64,000 nt of DNA from Nemertoderma westbladi (taxonomy: Eukaryota > Animalia > Xenacoelomorpha): the NCBI GenBank assembly GCA_032718475.1, contig JAUCBJ010005507.1, positions 1 to 64,000 of the forward strand, in the 5' to 3' direction. Each line of letters begins with the position of its first letter. Position 1 is the first letter of the stretch. The position numbers and the translations under genes were made by a program. Positions 24,886-37,368 of this stretch are shown piece by piece. A model generated the notes under the pieces. That model saw nothing but the letters and a program-made list of their open reading frames with translations, was not told the DNA's origin and did no database searches.

Positions 24886-25857
24886 CAGATGTTATAGTTG
24901 CCACAACGGGGAAACAATTATACGATTATACGAAAAATAATTACAGTAATGCAGCTTTTTGTGTTTTACATTCATGAAGAACACAAAAAACGGTGCCAAG
25001 CCCGTATAAATGCAGAGGCTCATCTAACAACCACGCTACTTTACACGTATATGATATACAATGGACATCATTATGTATAAAGTAGCGCTTTATTTATACG
25101 GGGGGGGGGGGGGGGCTGAAAGCAATTGGAGAATTAATATCTCGTTTCAATGGTAAAGCATCCAATTAAGGGAGAGGAGCTAGTTAAACTGCTACGTTAT
25201 TCTAACCAAAACAATAAACTAATGTCAATCGAACATGGTTAAGGTATTAGTTTTGGAAGTAATCAGTTGTTATTTCTGTAAATATCGTTTGTATCGAAAG
25301 ACCCCCCTATTTAAAGTACTGTATACTTAGTTATTGAAATAAAAAGTATTTATTGTTGGGTGTTTTAGTTAAAGTTGCCGCCCTCTGGGAACAATCGCCA
25401 CAACAGATGTTATAGTTGCCCCAACGGAAGAAACAATCGCCACTACGGAGGATATAGTTGCCACAACGGAGGAAACAATCGCCACAACGGGGGACACAAT
25501 CGCCACAACAGATGTTATACTGTATTTGCTACAACGGGGAAACAATTATACGATTATATGAAATAATAATTACAGTAATGCAGCTTTTTGTGTTTTACAT
25601 TCATGAAGAACACAAAAAACGGTGCCAAGCCCGTATAAATCTGTAAATGCAGAGGCTCATCTATCAACCACGCTACTTTACACGTATATGATATACAATG
25701 GACATCATTATGTATAAAGTAGCGCTTTATTTATACGGGGGGGGGGGGGGGGGGGAGGGTGAAAGCAATTGGAGAATTTATATCTCGTTTCAATGGTAAA
25801 GCATCCAATTAAGGGAGAGGAGCTAGTTAAACTGCTACGTTATTCTAACCAAAACAA
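24886..25857 (+). repeat. ~330-bp direct duplication inside the MULE (about 24886-25215 and 25507-25857)
   Basis: Both copies read ...CAACGGGGAAACAATTATACG...GAAGAACACAAAAAACGGTGCC...polyG...TCTAACCAAAACAA. Confidence 0.85.
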
Positions 25858-26037
25858 AATGTATTACACGTATATGATATACAATGGACATCATTATGTA
25901 TAAAGTAGCGCTTTATCATTTAATTCCTAATAAAAATAATCTTAGTTCCTATAAATCAATTATTGGGGCACAATTTCAGCATATTACAGTATATCCATAA
26001 CGAAATCAGTTTATTTCATTTAGTATTAAGTTCTTAG

Positions 26038-26378
26038 GTAGGTGAGTCTGTCGGTAGGTCAGTTGGTTAGTCTGTCGGTTGGTCAGTCTGTCATTCAATC
26101 TGTCGGTCAGTCTGTCGGTAGGTGAGTTAGTTAGTCTATCGGTCAGTCGGTCGGTTGGTCACTGGTGAGTCTGCCCGTCAGTCTCTCAGTCGGTTGGTCA
26201 GTTTGTCAGTCAGTGTGTCGGTCGGTCAGTTTGATTGTCAGTGGGTCAGTCGGATGGTCAGTCTGTCGGTCGGTTGGTCAGTCTGTCGGTCAGTCTGTTG
26301 GTTGGTCAGACTGTGGGTGGGTCTGTCAGTGTGTACCATCGTAAGTTAGATAGACGGTCGGTCAGTTCGGCTGACTGA
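26038..26378. repeat. Degenerate GTCA/GTCG/GTTG tetranucleotide repeat
   Basis: Low-complexity run immediately downstream of the transposase. Confidence 0.85.
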
Positions 26379-26385
26379 AAATAAA

Positions 26386-27468
26386 TCATCTTTGTATTAT
26401 GCGGGTGCGCTCGCTCTTGGGACGTTTGCGTTGTTGGGGTTTTTTTGCAGTTCCTTTTCTTCTAGGCATCGTGAATATTTTATCTTTTGAAAATATTACT
26501 TCGGATTCCCCTTTAGGTAGACCTGATCCACTACATGGTAGTCGCTTATGGATAAAGTCCATTACCAGCTTATCTTTTTGGGCTTCAGTTTTCTGCAACC
26601 AGACGTTGCGAGAAACTCTAAACTTTTGAAATTTATTGGACAAAACGTAATTACCTGTACCATATAGGGCTCGCCTAAGTTCACTCATTTGTAAATCGGT
26701 TACTGAGTGTAAATGTCTTATTAGTTCTGGCAATTTCTTTGCCAATCATGCCAATCGATTATGCCAATCGATAGTGACCTTTAGTATATTGTTGATGGAC
26801 TCGCAGTTATTGTTGGTCCACAGTTTTTCGTGACAGCCCATTTGGTGTGGAACACAAATATTTTCATACAAGGTATCCCGCACATGGGTATCAAAGTACT
26901 TATCGAATACTGGGTACTTTGTTAAAAAGGGCATAAGCTCGAATAAACGAGTATTGAACGTATGTTCATCACAACTTTTTGCAATACCATTCGGACCGAA
27001 TATAATACCTATGATAGCATTGCGTTCGTCCCCATCGCAGCCAACTTTATTAATTAGGTATCGACTTATATCGTCTTTGAGATGTTTACTACAAATAATG
27101 TTAGTTGCAGACGGAAAAGCAACTCTAATTGCTTTCGTCAAACCCTTTTCCTGATCGCTTCCTATTCTAACTTCCACTGTCCTAGCATCGGTGGTTAGTT
27201 TCGTCTTTATATGTGAAAGAAATGGAAAATATGTATTAAATTCGCCGTCCCAATGTAGAAGCATGGGTCCCAAAAAAATGGGAATTTCTGAATTTTCTTT
27301 GCGCGCTAAAGCTTGATTTTTATACACTAAAGTAGTAACAAAAACTGGACCTAAATTAAATGTCCGATCTATTCCTATAATACTCGCGCTGTTTCTTTTA
27401 AAGTCTTCCAGTTGTTTCTCTGTGTATAGAATAACACTGGGTGGCTTATTTTTTTTTTTTTTGGCCAT
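26386..27468 (-). pseudogene. MULE (Mutator-family) DDE transposase, N-terminally truncated and interrupted
   Basis: IGIDRTFNLG (D1), IGSDQEKGL (D2), CSKH (CxxH), WTNNNCESINN (E). A stop at 26746-26748 lies in a small GATTGGCA duplication; the ORF start abuts the repeat arm. Confidence 0.88.
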
Positions 27469-27919
27469 TGTAAAATAATATTGTGGTAATTAGATGCAGT
27501 GTGCAGTGTAGTCTTGTTCGTAAATAGATTGTGGTAATTAGATGCAGTGTAGTCTTGTGGTAAATAGATTGTGGTAATTAGACGCAGTATAGTGTTGTGG
27601 TAATTAGACGCAGTATAGTGTTGTGGTAATTAGACGCAGTATAGTCCTGTGGTAAATAGACACTTGAGTTCTGTATATTGTGGTAATTAGATGCAGTATA
27701 GTGTTGTGGTAATTAGACGCAGTATAGTCTGATAGTGTTGTGGTAATTAGACGCAGTATAGTCGTGTGGTAAATAGACACTTGAGTTCTGTATATTGTGG
27801 TAATTAGACGCAGTATAGTGTTGTGGTAATTAGACACTTGCATTCTGTATATTGTGGTAATTAGATGCCATTGCAAAATAATATTGTGGTAATTAGATGC
27901 AGTATAGTCTGATAGTCTT

Positions 27920-29098
27920 TGTTCGCGCTTTCAGACCTTTGGCAGATTAACCCGCCAAATTAAGATGTCTTCTAGATATTAAATCGCTTTTTAGCCTATG
28001 GCAAGTATTTGATTCACTACACTAGTCGAAACCAATCTGTGCGCGATCATTCACCCGCTGGATATTCCCGGGAGATTGGGTTCGACGGCTTAATTTTATT
28101 GCTATGTAAGCCTAATGTATTATTCGACTGACAGTATTATATAATCTCTGACAATATTATTCACCTTCGGGAATATTAACAGTTCCTTTAGGACGTGGCG
28201 CTTTATCTATATAAACAGAGTTATGACTTAAACTACTCACAACGATATGGCTTAATTATAATTCACATATATGGCGCATTCTTTAGGAATTGCTTCTTTA
28301 ACAGACTCACTCATACACAATGCTGCACAATACTGCACACTAATCTGCCAATCTTCACTGATTTTAGTCACATATAAAAGGAACACAGACTGACTCATGT
28401 AGGGTCTATCAAATAACATTAGATTCACTTCAAACCACTTTAACATAAGTCACAATCGTTATAGGTAACCTTTCTCTCTTACCTTCGGTATATCAAGAAT
28501 ATTGGGTTTTCGGGGTTATTTCTCGTTATTCCAATATAATAATTCATCAACCAATATAATGAATAACCGACAACAAATAGCAGTATACAGTATTGATTGA
28601 GCAGGTAATTTTTAGCAGTGAGATATTCAAAGAGTGTACAGTTGCAGTTAACGGATATATGTCCTTATAATTAAACCTACTAGTGTTGGACTAAAAAGCA
28701 GAAAGCACAAAACACTACAAAGCCGTTCTTTCGTGGCTTTGAAAAACTCGTGACTACTCTCTATACGAGAATACCAACTACCCTTATTCCACGAAGCTCC
28801 CGTTCAACACAGAGAAAGAGCAGTGAGATAGGAAAATTTCAGTTCAGTAGCTCTGTGATAGGTCAAAATCAAGGCTAACTCAAATTCTATTGGGAGATAC
28901 AAAAACAAGGCTATGACGCAACCTTCCTAGGCTGGTTGGCCGATTAAACAGAGCCCAGATACCTGCGTACAGCAAATCAGCCAATAAGCTGGTAGCTTGC
29001 ACTATTTTAGCTATAGATCCCCTTTAGAGTATTCTAGCGACCGGGGGGGAACTGGCCAACAAGGCAAACGAATCAGTTATCCCACAAAAGCTTTTACA
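27920..29098 (-). mobile_element. Solo LTR (1179 bp) inserted in the MULE right arm
   Basis: TGT...ACA termini, exact 5-bp target-site duplication GTCTT (27915-27919, 29099-29103), interrupts an otherwise continuous repeat arm; AATAAA on the minus strand near 28095. Confidence 0.8.
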
Positions 29099-30531
29099 GT
29101 CTTGTGGTAAATAGATTGTGGTAATTAGATGCAGTATAGTGTTGTGGTAATTAGACACTTGCATTCTGTATATTGTGGTAATTAGATGCCATTGTAAAAT
29201 AATATTGTGGTAATTAGATGCAGTATAGTGTTGTGGTAATTAGACGCAGTATAGCTGTATAGTGTTGTGGTAATTAGACGCAGTATAGTCGTGTGGTAAA
29301 TAGACACTTGAGTTCTGTATATTGTGGTAATTAGATGCAGTATAGTGTTGTGGTAATTAGACGCAGTATAGTCTGATAGTGTTGTGGTAATTAGACGCAG
29401 TATAGTCGTGTGGTAAATAGACACTTGAGTTCTGTATATTGTGGTAATTAGATGCAGTGTAGTGTTGTGGTAAATAGACACTTGCGTTCTGTATATTGTG
29501 GTAATTAGACGCCAATGTAAAATAATATTGTGGTAATTAGATGCAGTGTAGTCTTGTGGTAAATAGACACTTGCGTTCTATATATTGTGGTAATTAGATG
29601 CCATTGTAAAATAATATTGTGGTAATTAGATGCCTCTATCGAATTGTTGGGGTAGATTGCGGTAGATTGTGGTAGGTTGGGGTAGATTGTGGTAGGTTGG
29701 GGTAGGTTGGGGTAATTAGTAGGACCGCTGCTGGCTGCTCCTTTCCCTTAATGTTTTTAATTTAATTAATTTTTAAAACCTTCTGAACACCTAGTTTGTG
29801 TTTGCGGTCAATTTGCGCCATTGACTATAAAACGTAAGGTAGGCTACCCACCCACATACTGACATACTTTAAGTCTGTAAGTTAAATCATACTCGATATA
29901 CGGGTAGGCCTACATTTTTGGACGGGTGCGTTTTAAACGGATACGTTTTAACCTGCAACCTTTCCAAGCCAGCAAGCAGTCAAGTATCTACACAGTGCTG
30001 ATGTGCCATCTGTCAGTCTGTGCCACTGCTGCACTGTCTAACTGTGACTGTCTTTGTCTTGCAGTCTTGTAGGGGCATCATACCGCGCTATCGGTACAAA
30101 CTTGGAACCTTCATGCTAACAGGCTAATACACTGATACAAGCTGAGAAGCAGCCCTTTTGAAAATTTGGCCTATTTCAGTATTTAGAAATTATAATTTGC
30201 CCGCCCGCCGCACGGCAGCACGGTGCAAAAATCATGCGCCGGCTCGTTGAAAAGCTACCGGTGGTACCATACAGCCATAGTCCATACTGTCATACCGTAG
30301 GGTAGGCATACCGGTACTTCAGTAGGCCTACTTGATACCGGTACCGGTACGGTAGGCCTACTGGCTGACAGATAGACCTACACCCTACACGACATATTCC
30401 TGTATTCGCCGCCTTGTGTCTTGGCTCAGTCAGTTAGTTGCTCTCGCGTCTCGCCTCGCACTTCACACTTCGACTTCAGCACTTGACTCAGTGACTGCCT
30501 TCAGCACTTCAAATCAACAAATCAAACTCAC

Positions 30532-30600
30532 CATATCGGCCTATCCAGCTATTAGGTGTACTGCTGTACTGATGCCGGTCTGCCCTGTTCTTCTGTCTGG
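30532..30600 (-). other. Possible alternative 5' exon of the large gene ending ATG|GTGAGT
   Basis: Acceptor TTTTATTGTTTAACCTGCTACAG, in-frame TAG then ATG and a perfect donor (phase 0, fits exon 21088); an upstream 80-nt intron GTAAGT...CAG at 30680-30601. Confidence 0.55.
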
Positions 30601-30990
30601 CTGTAGCAGGTTAAACAATAAAAAAAACCGGAAGAATAAAGCACAAACAGACAAAGACGGGGGCTGACTTCTGGACTTACTGCTGTACCGGTACTGAATG
30701 AGGACAGACTATGATATGGCAGCAAGGAAGTACGGTACCGATACCGGTAACTTAACTTCGTTGGCCTAACTCAGTAACTGTCAAGGATATGAGCGTGTGA
30801 CTTGTGAGGGGTGAAGCAACAGCAGAACAGAGCCTGGTCTGTAAAGAGAGCTGATGATTTGGGACTTATGTTTTGTTTTCAGAATAAGTAAATTCATTTT
30901 ATTTAAGTCATACAGCTAAGCTATATTTATCAGCAACTTTTTGTGAAAAACATATACTTATTATTTGTGGCCAGCATCTTTATCAGCAAC

Positions 30991-31254
30991 TTTTTCAGGT
31001 CGGCGTAGCGAGACCTCTAGTATTCACTCCGCTGTTGTTGGTGTTGTTGTTAATTTCCACTTTGGTTTTTGTATTAGGACTTGAAACGGCCCCATTGGCT
31101 CAGTTGGCAGAGCGTGGGACATGGAATCTCTAGGTACCGAGTTCAATCCCCTATTTCGGTGAATGTTTTTTTGTTGTAAGATTGGTATTAAGACTTTCAA
31201 GGAGACATTTCATGCGTTAGTAGACCAGGACCTTTGCGCGATTTCGCGCTTGTT
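30991..31254 (+). mobile_element. Non-autonomous Helentron/DINE-1-like element with an embedded tRNA-derived segment
   Basis: T-rich start, 5' AGGTC...GACCT inverted repeat, (GTT)n microsatellite, 3' GACCT followed by hairpin GCGCGA-TT-TCGCGC and TTGTT. Confidence 0.5.
31088..31161 (+). pseudogene. tRNA-derived sequence (pseudo-tRNA or SINE head)
   Basis: A box TGGCTCAGTTGG, B box GAGTTCAATCC; acceptor and anticodon stems do not pair properly. Confidence 0.65.
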
Positions 31255-31953
31255 AATCACCATTCAAAGCAAAAGCAATTAAGCAAAACATTAACATTAA
31301 TCATTGATTGATACATAATATAAATAAACCTTGAGATAAAACAATCACCCTATACTGTAATTGGCAAAGAGTGGCGCAAAGTTGGCCACAAGTGAGAAAA
31401 GTGATCTCCAGCCCAAATTGACCGCAAGTGAAAGTTACTTTTTTCACTATTCTCGAGGTATTTTATCTTCCGAGCGCCAGCGAGGTTAAAAAAGGGTCGA
31501 GATAAGATTGAAAAAGTTTTTTTCCAATGTAAGACGTCATTTTATTATTAAATTGGTACTTTATTGTTGCTCAATTTTTTAATTAAACTTAGAGCGATAT
31601 AGTCAGGGGCTACCCAAGGGGGGGGGGGGGGGGGGGGTAGTGGGGGTAATTACCCCCCCCCCCCCCCCCCCCCCCCCCCGTCAGAAAATTGGAATGTTAC
31701 CAAAAAATTTGTGTAATCAAATAAGTGTAATATTCATATCTGTTATTAGATATTTATACCTAGGTGGTGTTCTCCCGTCTAAATTTATATTTTAAATTAA
31801 ACCGGTGTAATTTTATATTTCTAATTACAGATTTTCTTTTATTTCCAATACAAATATATATACAATTTTTTCAAACAATTATCTTCTTTTAAACAGGACA
31901 TTGGATCAAAAAAAACTTATAGGGAAAAAACGTTCGCATCCACTGGTCAGATA

Positions 31954-32203
31954 GGGGGGGGGGGGGACTGGACGCAATAAAAAGTCATCCCTCTCCAGGG
32001 GAAATTGGACGCGAATAACAGATGATAACTCTCAAAAATAAAACTGTAACCTGTTCTATTGTGTTTAGTTTATTGTTTTGGTTAAAATATCGTGCCAATG
32101 TAACCTGCTCCTTTCCCTATATTGAGAATTTAATATTGAGGCGGGATATTAATTCGCCAAGGTGGGTTTTGCGTCCAGACCCCCCCCCCCCCCCCCCCCC
32201 CCC
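31954..32203. mobile_element. MITE family copy (TIR G-run + CTGGACGCAA)
   Basis: Reverse-complement homolog of 37142-37368, with poly-G/poly-C ends. Confidence 0.75.
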
Positions 32204-33998
32204 TATTTTGTATAGTATTACAAAATAAATTGAACCGTAGTATTTTATTATATTGCTCCCATAGTTACTGCTTTTCATATTATTATCAACCTCAATCTCT
32301 AAAGCTATCTTGGCACTCAATGTTAAATAATTTAATGTTCTCGAATATTTATTACGTAACTAGAGAGCCGCTTAACTACATAAACCAATATTGGATATTG
32401 AGTTCCTTTTTGGAGTTCGCCTTGCAGAAACTAAAGTTGCACTAACTTTTCAGTGTATGAATGGATTTTCTTCAATTACTTGCAAACCTTTTCTAATTTG
32501 ATGCTCTTTCAATACATCTAATAAATAATAAAATTTAAGAAATACCACCAAATATATTTTAATTTACTTTTTACGCCGGGAAAAAAGTAGAATTAATGCA
32601 ATCCTGTACTTTTTCCCCTAGGGAAAAAAGTAATCAATTTTATCCTAATTTTGGGGTGAATTCGAGCAAAAAAGTAACAATTTAAGAATAAAATTATTGT
32701 AAACAATCTCGACCGTGACCAATTATTCGTTTTATATGCTTTCTCACCATTACAGTATAGAATTTGGAATTACCTATATACTAACTGTAGTTAGAGATCT
32801 TTTACGCCGTATTGTTGTGACAAAGTGTCCTCTTATTTATTTAATGACGTCATTTCTCGACCGATGATAAAAAAAAATATTCACAAATTTATTAAAATGC
32901 AACTAATCTGCATAATTACTAACTAGTAATAATTAGGAGAAAATACAGTATACTTTACACGTTTATTCGGAATGTTTGTTAATACTGAAACTATCCGAAG
33001 TTATACTGTACTACTGTGCGACAGCAGTTTACTACTGTTACCACTGTTTACTACTGGTTTCTAAAGGTGATCCTGCACTGTATGTTGGTAAAATAAAAAG
33101 TATAAATTATTGTTACTACTTTATTATTGCCACTACTTTATTGCTACTACTTTATTGCTACTCCTTTATTACACTACCGGTAACTATAGTATGGAAATTA
33201 AAATAACGCCATATGGACACACCGGTTTCATTTACTTAGCTCAAACCCTAAAACTTCACTTATAATTGTCTCACCAGCACGGACCAATTAGCATTTAAAC
33301 CACAAGAGTCAGAATATAGACTTAACAGATTATGTACCCCACTCTGTCTGCCATAGACCATCTTTCACAGTTGGACTGTCTCCCTCGCCTGTTATTGGCT
33401 AATATATTATGTACCATTGTAATGTACACAGCACCGTTGTGCAGGTAACAAGAAGTGAGCTTACCGAATCCCTGATGACATTACTTACTATCAGCTGACA
33501 CATCCACTGACAGTAACTTAATTTGAGATTCTACAGTTAGTAAACCCGATGGAATCCCATACCGATCATGTGAACAACAGATATACACACAATGTAATTT
33601 AGTGGGAAAAATTTAGCGTAAAAAAGCCATAGATTTGCTGCACGACAGAAGCATTTGCCGTGGATTCGTCGCCTCGGGAGAATGTCAACGCAAATAACAT
33701 CAGATTACTCCCAAAAATATAACTGTAACTTGTTCTATTTAGTATCCTCGTAGGTATGAGGTTGCGAGAGAGTATGAGAGATAGTATGCCCCGTTGTTTG
33801 TGGGTGGATATGGTCTCGGATATACTGTAAAGCAAACAGAACCGTAGTTGTAGGACAATGAGCGATTGGTTGTTTTAGTAACATCCTGTTTGCATAGTGT
33901 CTTGTTTGCGTAACATGTAACTAACTTCCTGTTTCTGTATAATCTGTCGATTCGTTCACTGTATCACATAGCTGTACCAAGAAATTTGTTTATGTATT

Positions 33999-34532
33999 AT
34001 GGTGATGAATTTCCCGGTGAATACGATTCGGCTGGGCGAGCAACCGGGGACAGCACCACAGGTGGTGTTTGGGGAGACGATGCCGAGGGAGGAAGAGGAC
34101 ATCGACATGGATAGGGACGATAAGGTGGAGATGTTTACGTATCAGCAGCTCCACAGACCCAGGTGGTTGCGTGGAGCCAAGGACGAGTTCAGGAGGCAGA
34201 CAGTGGTGATAGGCGGCTGCGACTACTGTGGGTGGTTAACCCACCAGCAGAAGAACTGTCTGTATCGCTACGAGAAAGGGGCGACATGTCTGTACCGCCA
34301 CGACTCCACCCATAGGATGGGCGCATGCCCGAAGCTACACCATAGATGTAGTAAGTGCAGATTTAGGGGGTACTTCGAGCGTCAATGCGACTGGATGAAC
34401 AACGAGGATAAGTTTCGCATTTACGACGATTGGGCCGGCGTCGGTGTCATGACCAGACAGAAATTGAAGGCCCAGGAGTTCCGGTGGGGGTTCTTTAACA
34501 TTAACCAAGAGGGCCCACCAAGAGATCGGTAG
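33999..34532 (+). CDS. Cys/His-rich zinc-knuckle ORF, probably a retroelement remnant
   Basis: CDYCGWLTHQQKNC fits CX2CX4HX4C; a second degenerate knuckle CSKCRFRGYFERQC; GC-richer island in an intron, antisense to the host gene. No pol domains or paired LTRs seen. Confidence 0.5.
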   Translation: MVMNFPVNTIRLGEQPGTAPQVVFGETMPREEEDIDMDRDDKVEMFTYQQLHRPRWLRGAKDEFRRQTVVIGGCDYCGWLTHQQKNCLYRYEKGATCLYRHDSTHRMGACPKLHHRCSKCRFRGYFERQCDWMNNEDKFRIYDDWAGVGVMTRQKLKAQEFRWGFFNINQEGPPRDR

Positions 34533-36589
34533 GAGGAGACTACCATTCACCTACCAGGAGGTAGCGACGGCAGCATCACATGGAGGGGTTATTAACACCC
34601 AAAGGTACCAAAGGTACCTCGACAGGTGGTCGCCGGAGAATAGGATGGAGTTTAGGAGCTTTCTGGCAGAACATATACCATGTGCCATGAAGATCATCAT
34701 GTGGGACGCCACCAGAGGAAAGCAGGAGGGACACTCAGTGGGACCACCAGCAAAACGATGCTGCAAAATGATAACGGCCGCACCCAAGGATCCAACTACG
34801 GGGGTTGGTAGAGCTGTATCAGCGTGGATGAGTGCCCTAAAGAACAAACAAAATGAGAAGAAACGCCCGAGACAGGACGACGACAGGGGCAAGGAGATGA
34901 GATGGTTTCCAGAGGAAATGGCAGGGAAACTATCGGATTGATGACGGACTGTATTGATATGCCTAGAAGGCACCTTGAGGATTCAAACTAACATATACTC
35001 AAGGTTCACACCTTTTATATACCGGTAAGTATAAAATTAATGCATACCATACATGTGTAGTGTAATCAATCGAAAGTGCAATATGTAGATCTATAATAAA
35101 TACAATATACGTACTATAGTCATATATAACCTTTTCCAATTAGCTACTGGGACTGGGAACTAATTGACTGGAACATGAGGACGAAACAAGGGACTCACTT
35201 ATTATATACAACGTATACGTATATGAGACTGTAGGGACCCAACAGAACTATAGAGAGTGAGAGTAAAAGAGTAGGAGTAGGAGAGGGGTATGATGAAGAG
35301 GTGTGAGAGTTTGAGGAAAGGTGAAGGGCGCGAGATTCAAGTGTGGGGAGAGAGCTGAGTGGAGGATGAGTCCTATGGAACTAACGAGGTGAGGAAGTAG
35401 TGGAGAGATCGGATAATAATATCCGAACGAAATTGAGTGAGGAGGAGAGGCGATCGTCTAAATAGAGACGCAAGATGCCTTGGTACAAATTAGCTCGTAG
35501 ATGTACCAAGGATGGGTAGTGAGAACAGACCCAGAAGGGCCGGTCTGGAAAACTGGCCTCAAGAAAAAAAATACCACCCAACATCCAATATTAGATTGGA
35601 TTCCAGTGGAATTGGAGCGCACTTGAGGTTGATGCTATCTTCTCACCGGGAAGATAGCATGGGGGGAGTTTTAGCGGATCCAATGTGTGTAACCTCCCAT
35701 GTAATGTCCATATAACTGTTACTCAGTGTTAATTATGATTGAGTTGGCTACTAGTCAGTATAGAAGTTATACGGTTTAAACCGTCATCGTTACTGCTATT
35801 AATGTACACTCAGATCTTTAATCTTTATTATACCAGCCTTCGGCCTTTCAGCCCCAAGCCTTAGTGACAACCACAACAGCGGACGCGGCGACGCGTATTA
35901 CCCACAAAACACACACCGGTCAGGATCCCTCGCCAACTCGGATCCCGTCACATGGGCAGATTTCCCCTATATTATTATATTTTACCAAATTTCAGGAGAA
36001 TTGTTCAACCTCAATAAGTTGTCGAGGACGTATATGCCAAGTTTCAGTCTGAATGGATCATAAATAACGAAATGGGGGGTTTTACTTTCAGACATTTCCC
36101 TCTCTAGCGGCAGACCGGGAAACTGCAGACGGATTACACAAATAAAAAAAGTTAACGCTCTCCTCATATCTGCCATGTTTCAGCTTGAATGGAATAAAAC
36201 AAAGGAATGGCGTGAGGTGTTTAATGTTTACTATGTAACCCTCTACTGGGAGTTTGTTCAACTGATGGATCTAAAAGTCTGTTACAAATCCCAACTTTTG
36301 GTCTTATTGATGCCTAACAATTTTCAACTCGATAACCTTAAATGTGTCGAAAGTTAATAGCATGTCAAAATCTAACGATTACAACAACTATGATTTTTTG
36401 TTCAAAATAGTTAATATTGCAATTTTTGAAACCCCAACCCTCCTAACAGGTCATATCATGTTTTTAACTTCTCCATATTAAGTGTTTTGAAGCCCTTATT
36501 TATGTCTCTCTTATAACTTCTACAGATATACTAATTCGTTTATTGTTTTTGTTATATTCAGCCCTTCTGTAACCTGAGTTTTTACCTTC

Positions 36590-37023
36590 GAGTAGCGCCC
36601 ACCCCTACCCCCGGGTATCAGATAGGAGTAGCGCACAGCCCTACCTTATGGTAGCAGATAGGAGTAGCGCCCACCCCTACCTTCGGGTAGCAGATAGGAG
36701 TAGCGCCCACCCCTACCTTCGGGTAGCAGATAGTAGTAGCGCCCACCCCTACCCTCGGGTAGCAGATAGGAGTAGCGCCCACCCCCTACCATAGGGTAGT
36801 AGATAGGAGTAGCGCCCACCCCTACCTTAGGGCAGTAGATAGGAGTAGCGGCCACCCCTACCTTATGGTAGCAGATAGGAGTAGTAGCGCCCACCCCTAC
36901 CTTATGGTAGCAGATAGGAGTAGCGCCCACACATACCTTCGGGTAGCAGATAGGAATAGCGCCCACCCCTACCTTCGGGTAGCAGATTGGAGTAGCGCAC
37001 ATCCCTACATTCTCGGGTAGCAG
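36590..37023 (-). repeat. 36-bp minisatellite, ~12 copies, with AAG|GTAGGG donor-like site
   Basis: Minus-strand unit CTATCTGCTACCCGAAGGTAGGGGTGGGCGCTACTC, a degenerate copy of the adjacent unique sequence ATAGCTGCTACCCGAGAATGTAGGGATGTGCGCTACTC. Confidence 0.92.
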
Positions 37024-37141
37024 CTATCATGCTATCAATAAGACTTGCTTTCTGGATACTTCGAAAGGGCCATCCAAATAACATTAGTTTAATGACAGGC
37101 TTTATATCAGGATTTATTGGTCTCAGAAAAAGAAACGGGGA

Positions 37142-37368
37142 GGGGAAACTGGACGCAAATCCTATATTGGCGAATTAATATCTCGCCTCAATGTTAAATT
37201 CTCAATTTAGGGAAAGGAGCAGGTTACAGTGGCACGTTAAATTTAACCAAAACAATAAACTAAATACAATAGAACAGGTTACAGTTTTATTTTTGAGAGT
37301 AATCAGCTGTTATTTGCGTCGAATTTCCCTTGGAGAGGGATGAATTTTTATTGCGTCCAGTTTCCCCC
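37142..37368. mobile_element. ~230-bp MITE, TIR GGGGAAACTGGACGCAA
   Basis: GGGGAAACTGGACGCAA ... TTGCGTCCAGTTTCCCC; related pieces at ~25100-25310, 31954-32203, 57535-57590, 60900-61105 and 62330-62424. Confidence 0.8.

Larger units (their letters stand above)
22454..29727. mobile_element. Foldback-type Mutator-like (MULE) DNA transposon, defective
   Basis: Termini GGTCCTACTAATTACCCCAACCTACC / GGTAGGTTGGGGTAATTAGTAGGACC are inverted. CTGCTGGC flanks both ends (22446-22453, 29728-29735). Long inverted arms of CTAATTACCACAA-based tandem modules (22454-24810; 27466-27919 and 29099-29727), with an internal transposase. Confidence 0.9.

Noticed and set aside
31088-31161. Functional tRNA gene
   Set aside because: Acceptor and anticodon stems do not pair; same for the tRNA-like head at 58100-58175.
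31350-32760. Larger TIR element bounded by CTATACTGTAAT / ATTACAGTATAG
   Set aside because: Only a 12-bp AT-rich inverted match without a clear TSD; insufficient to call.
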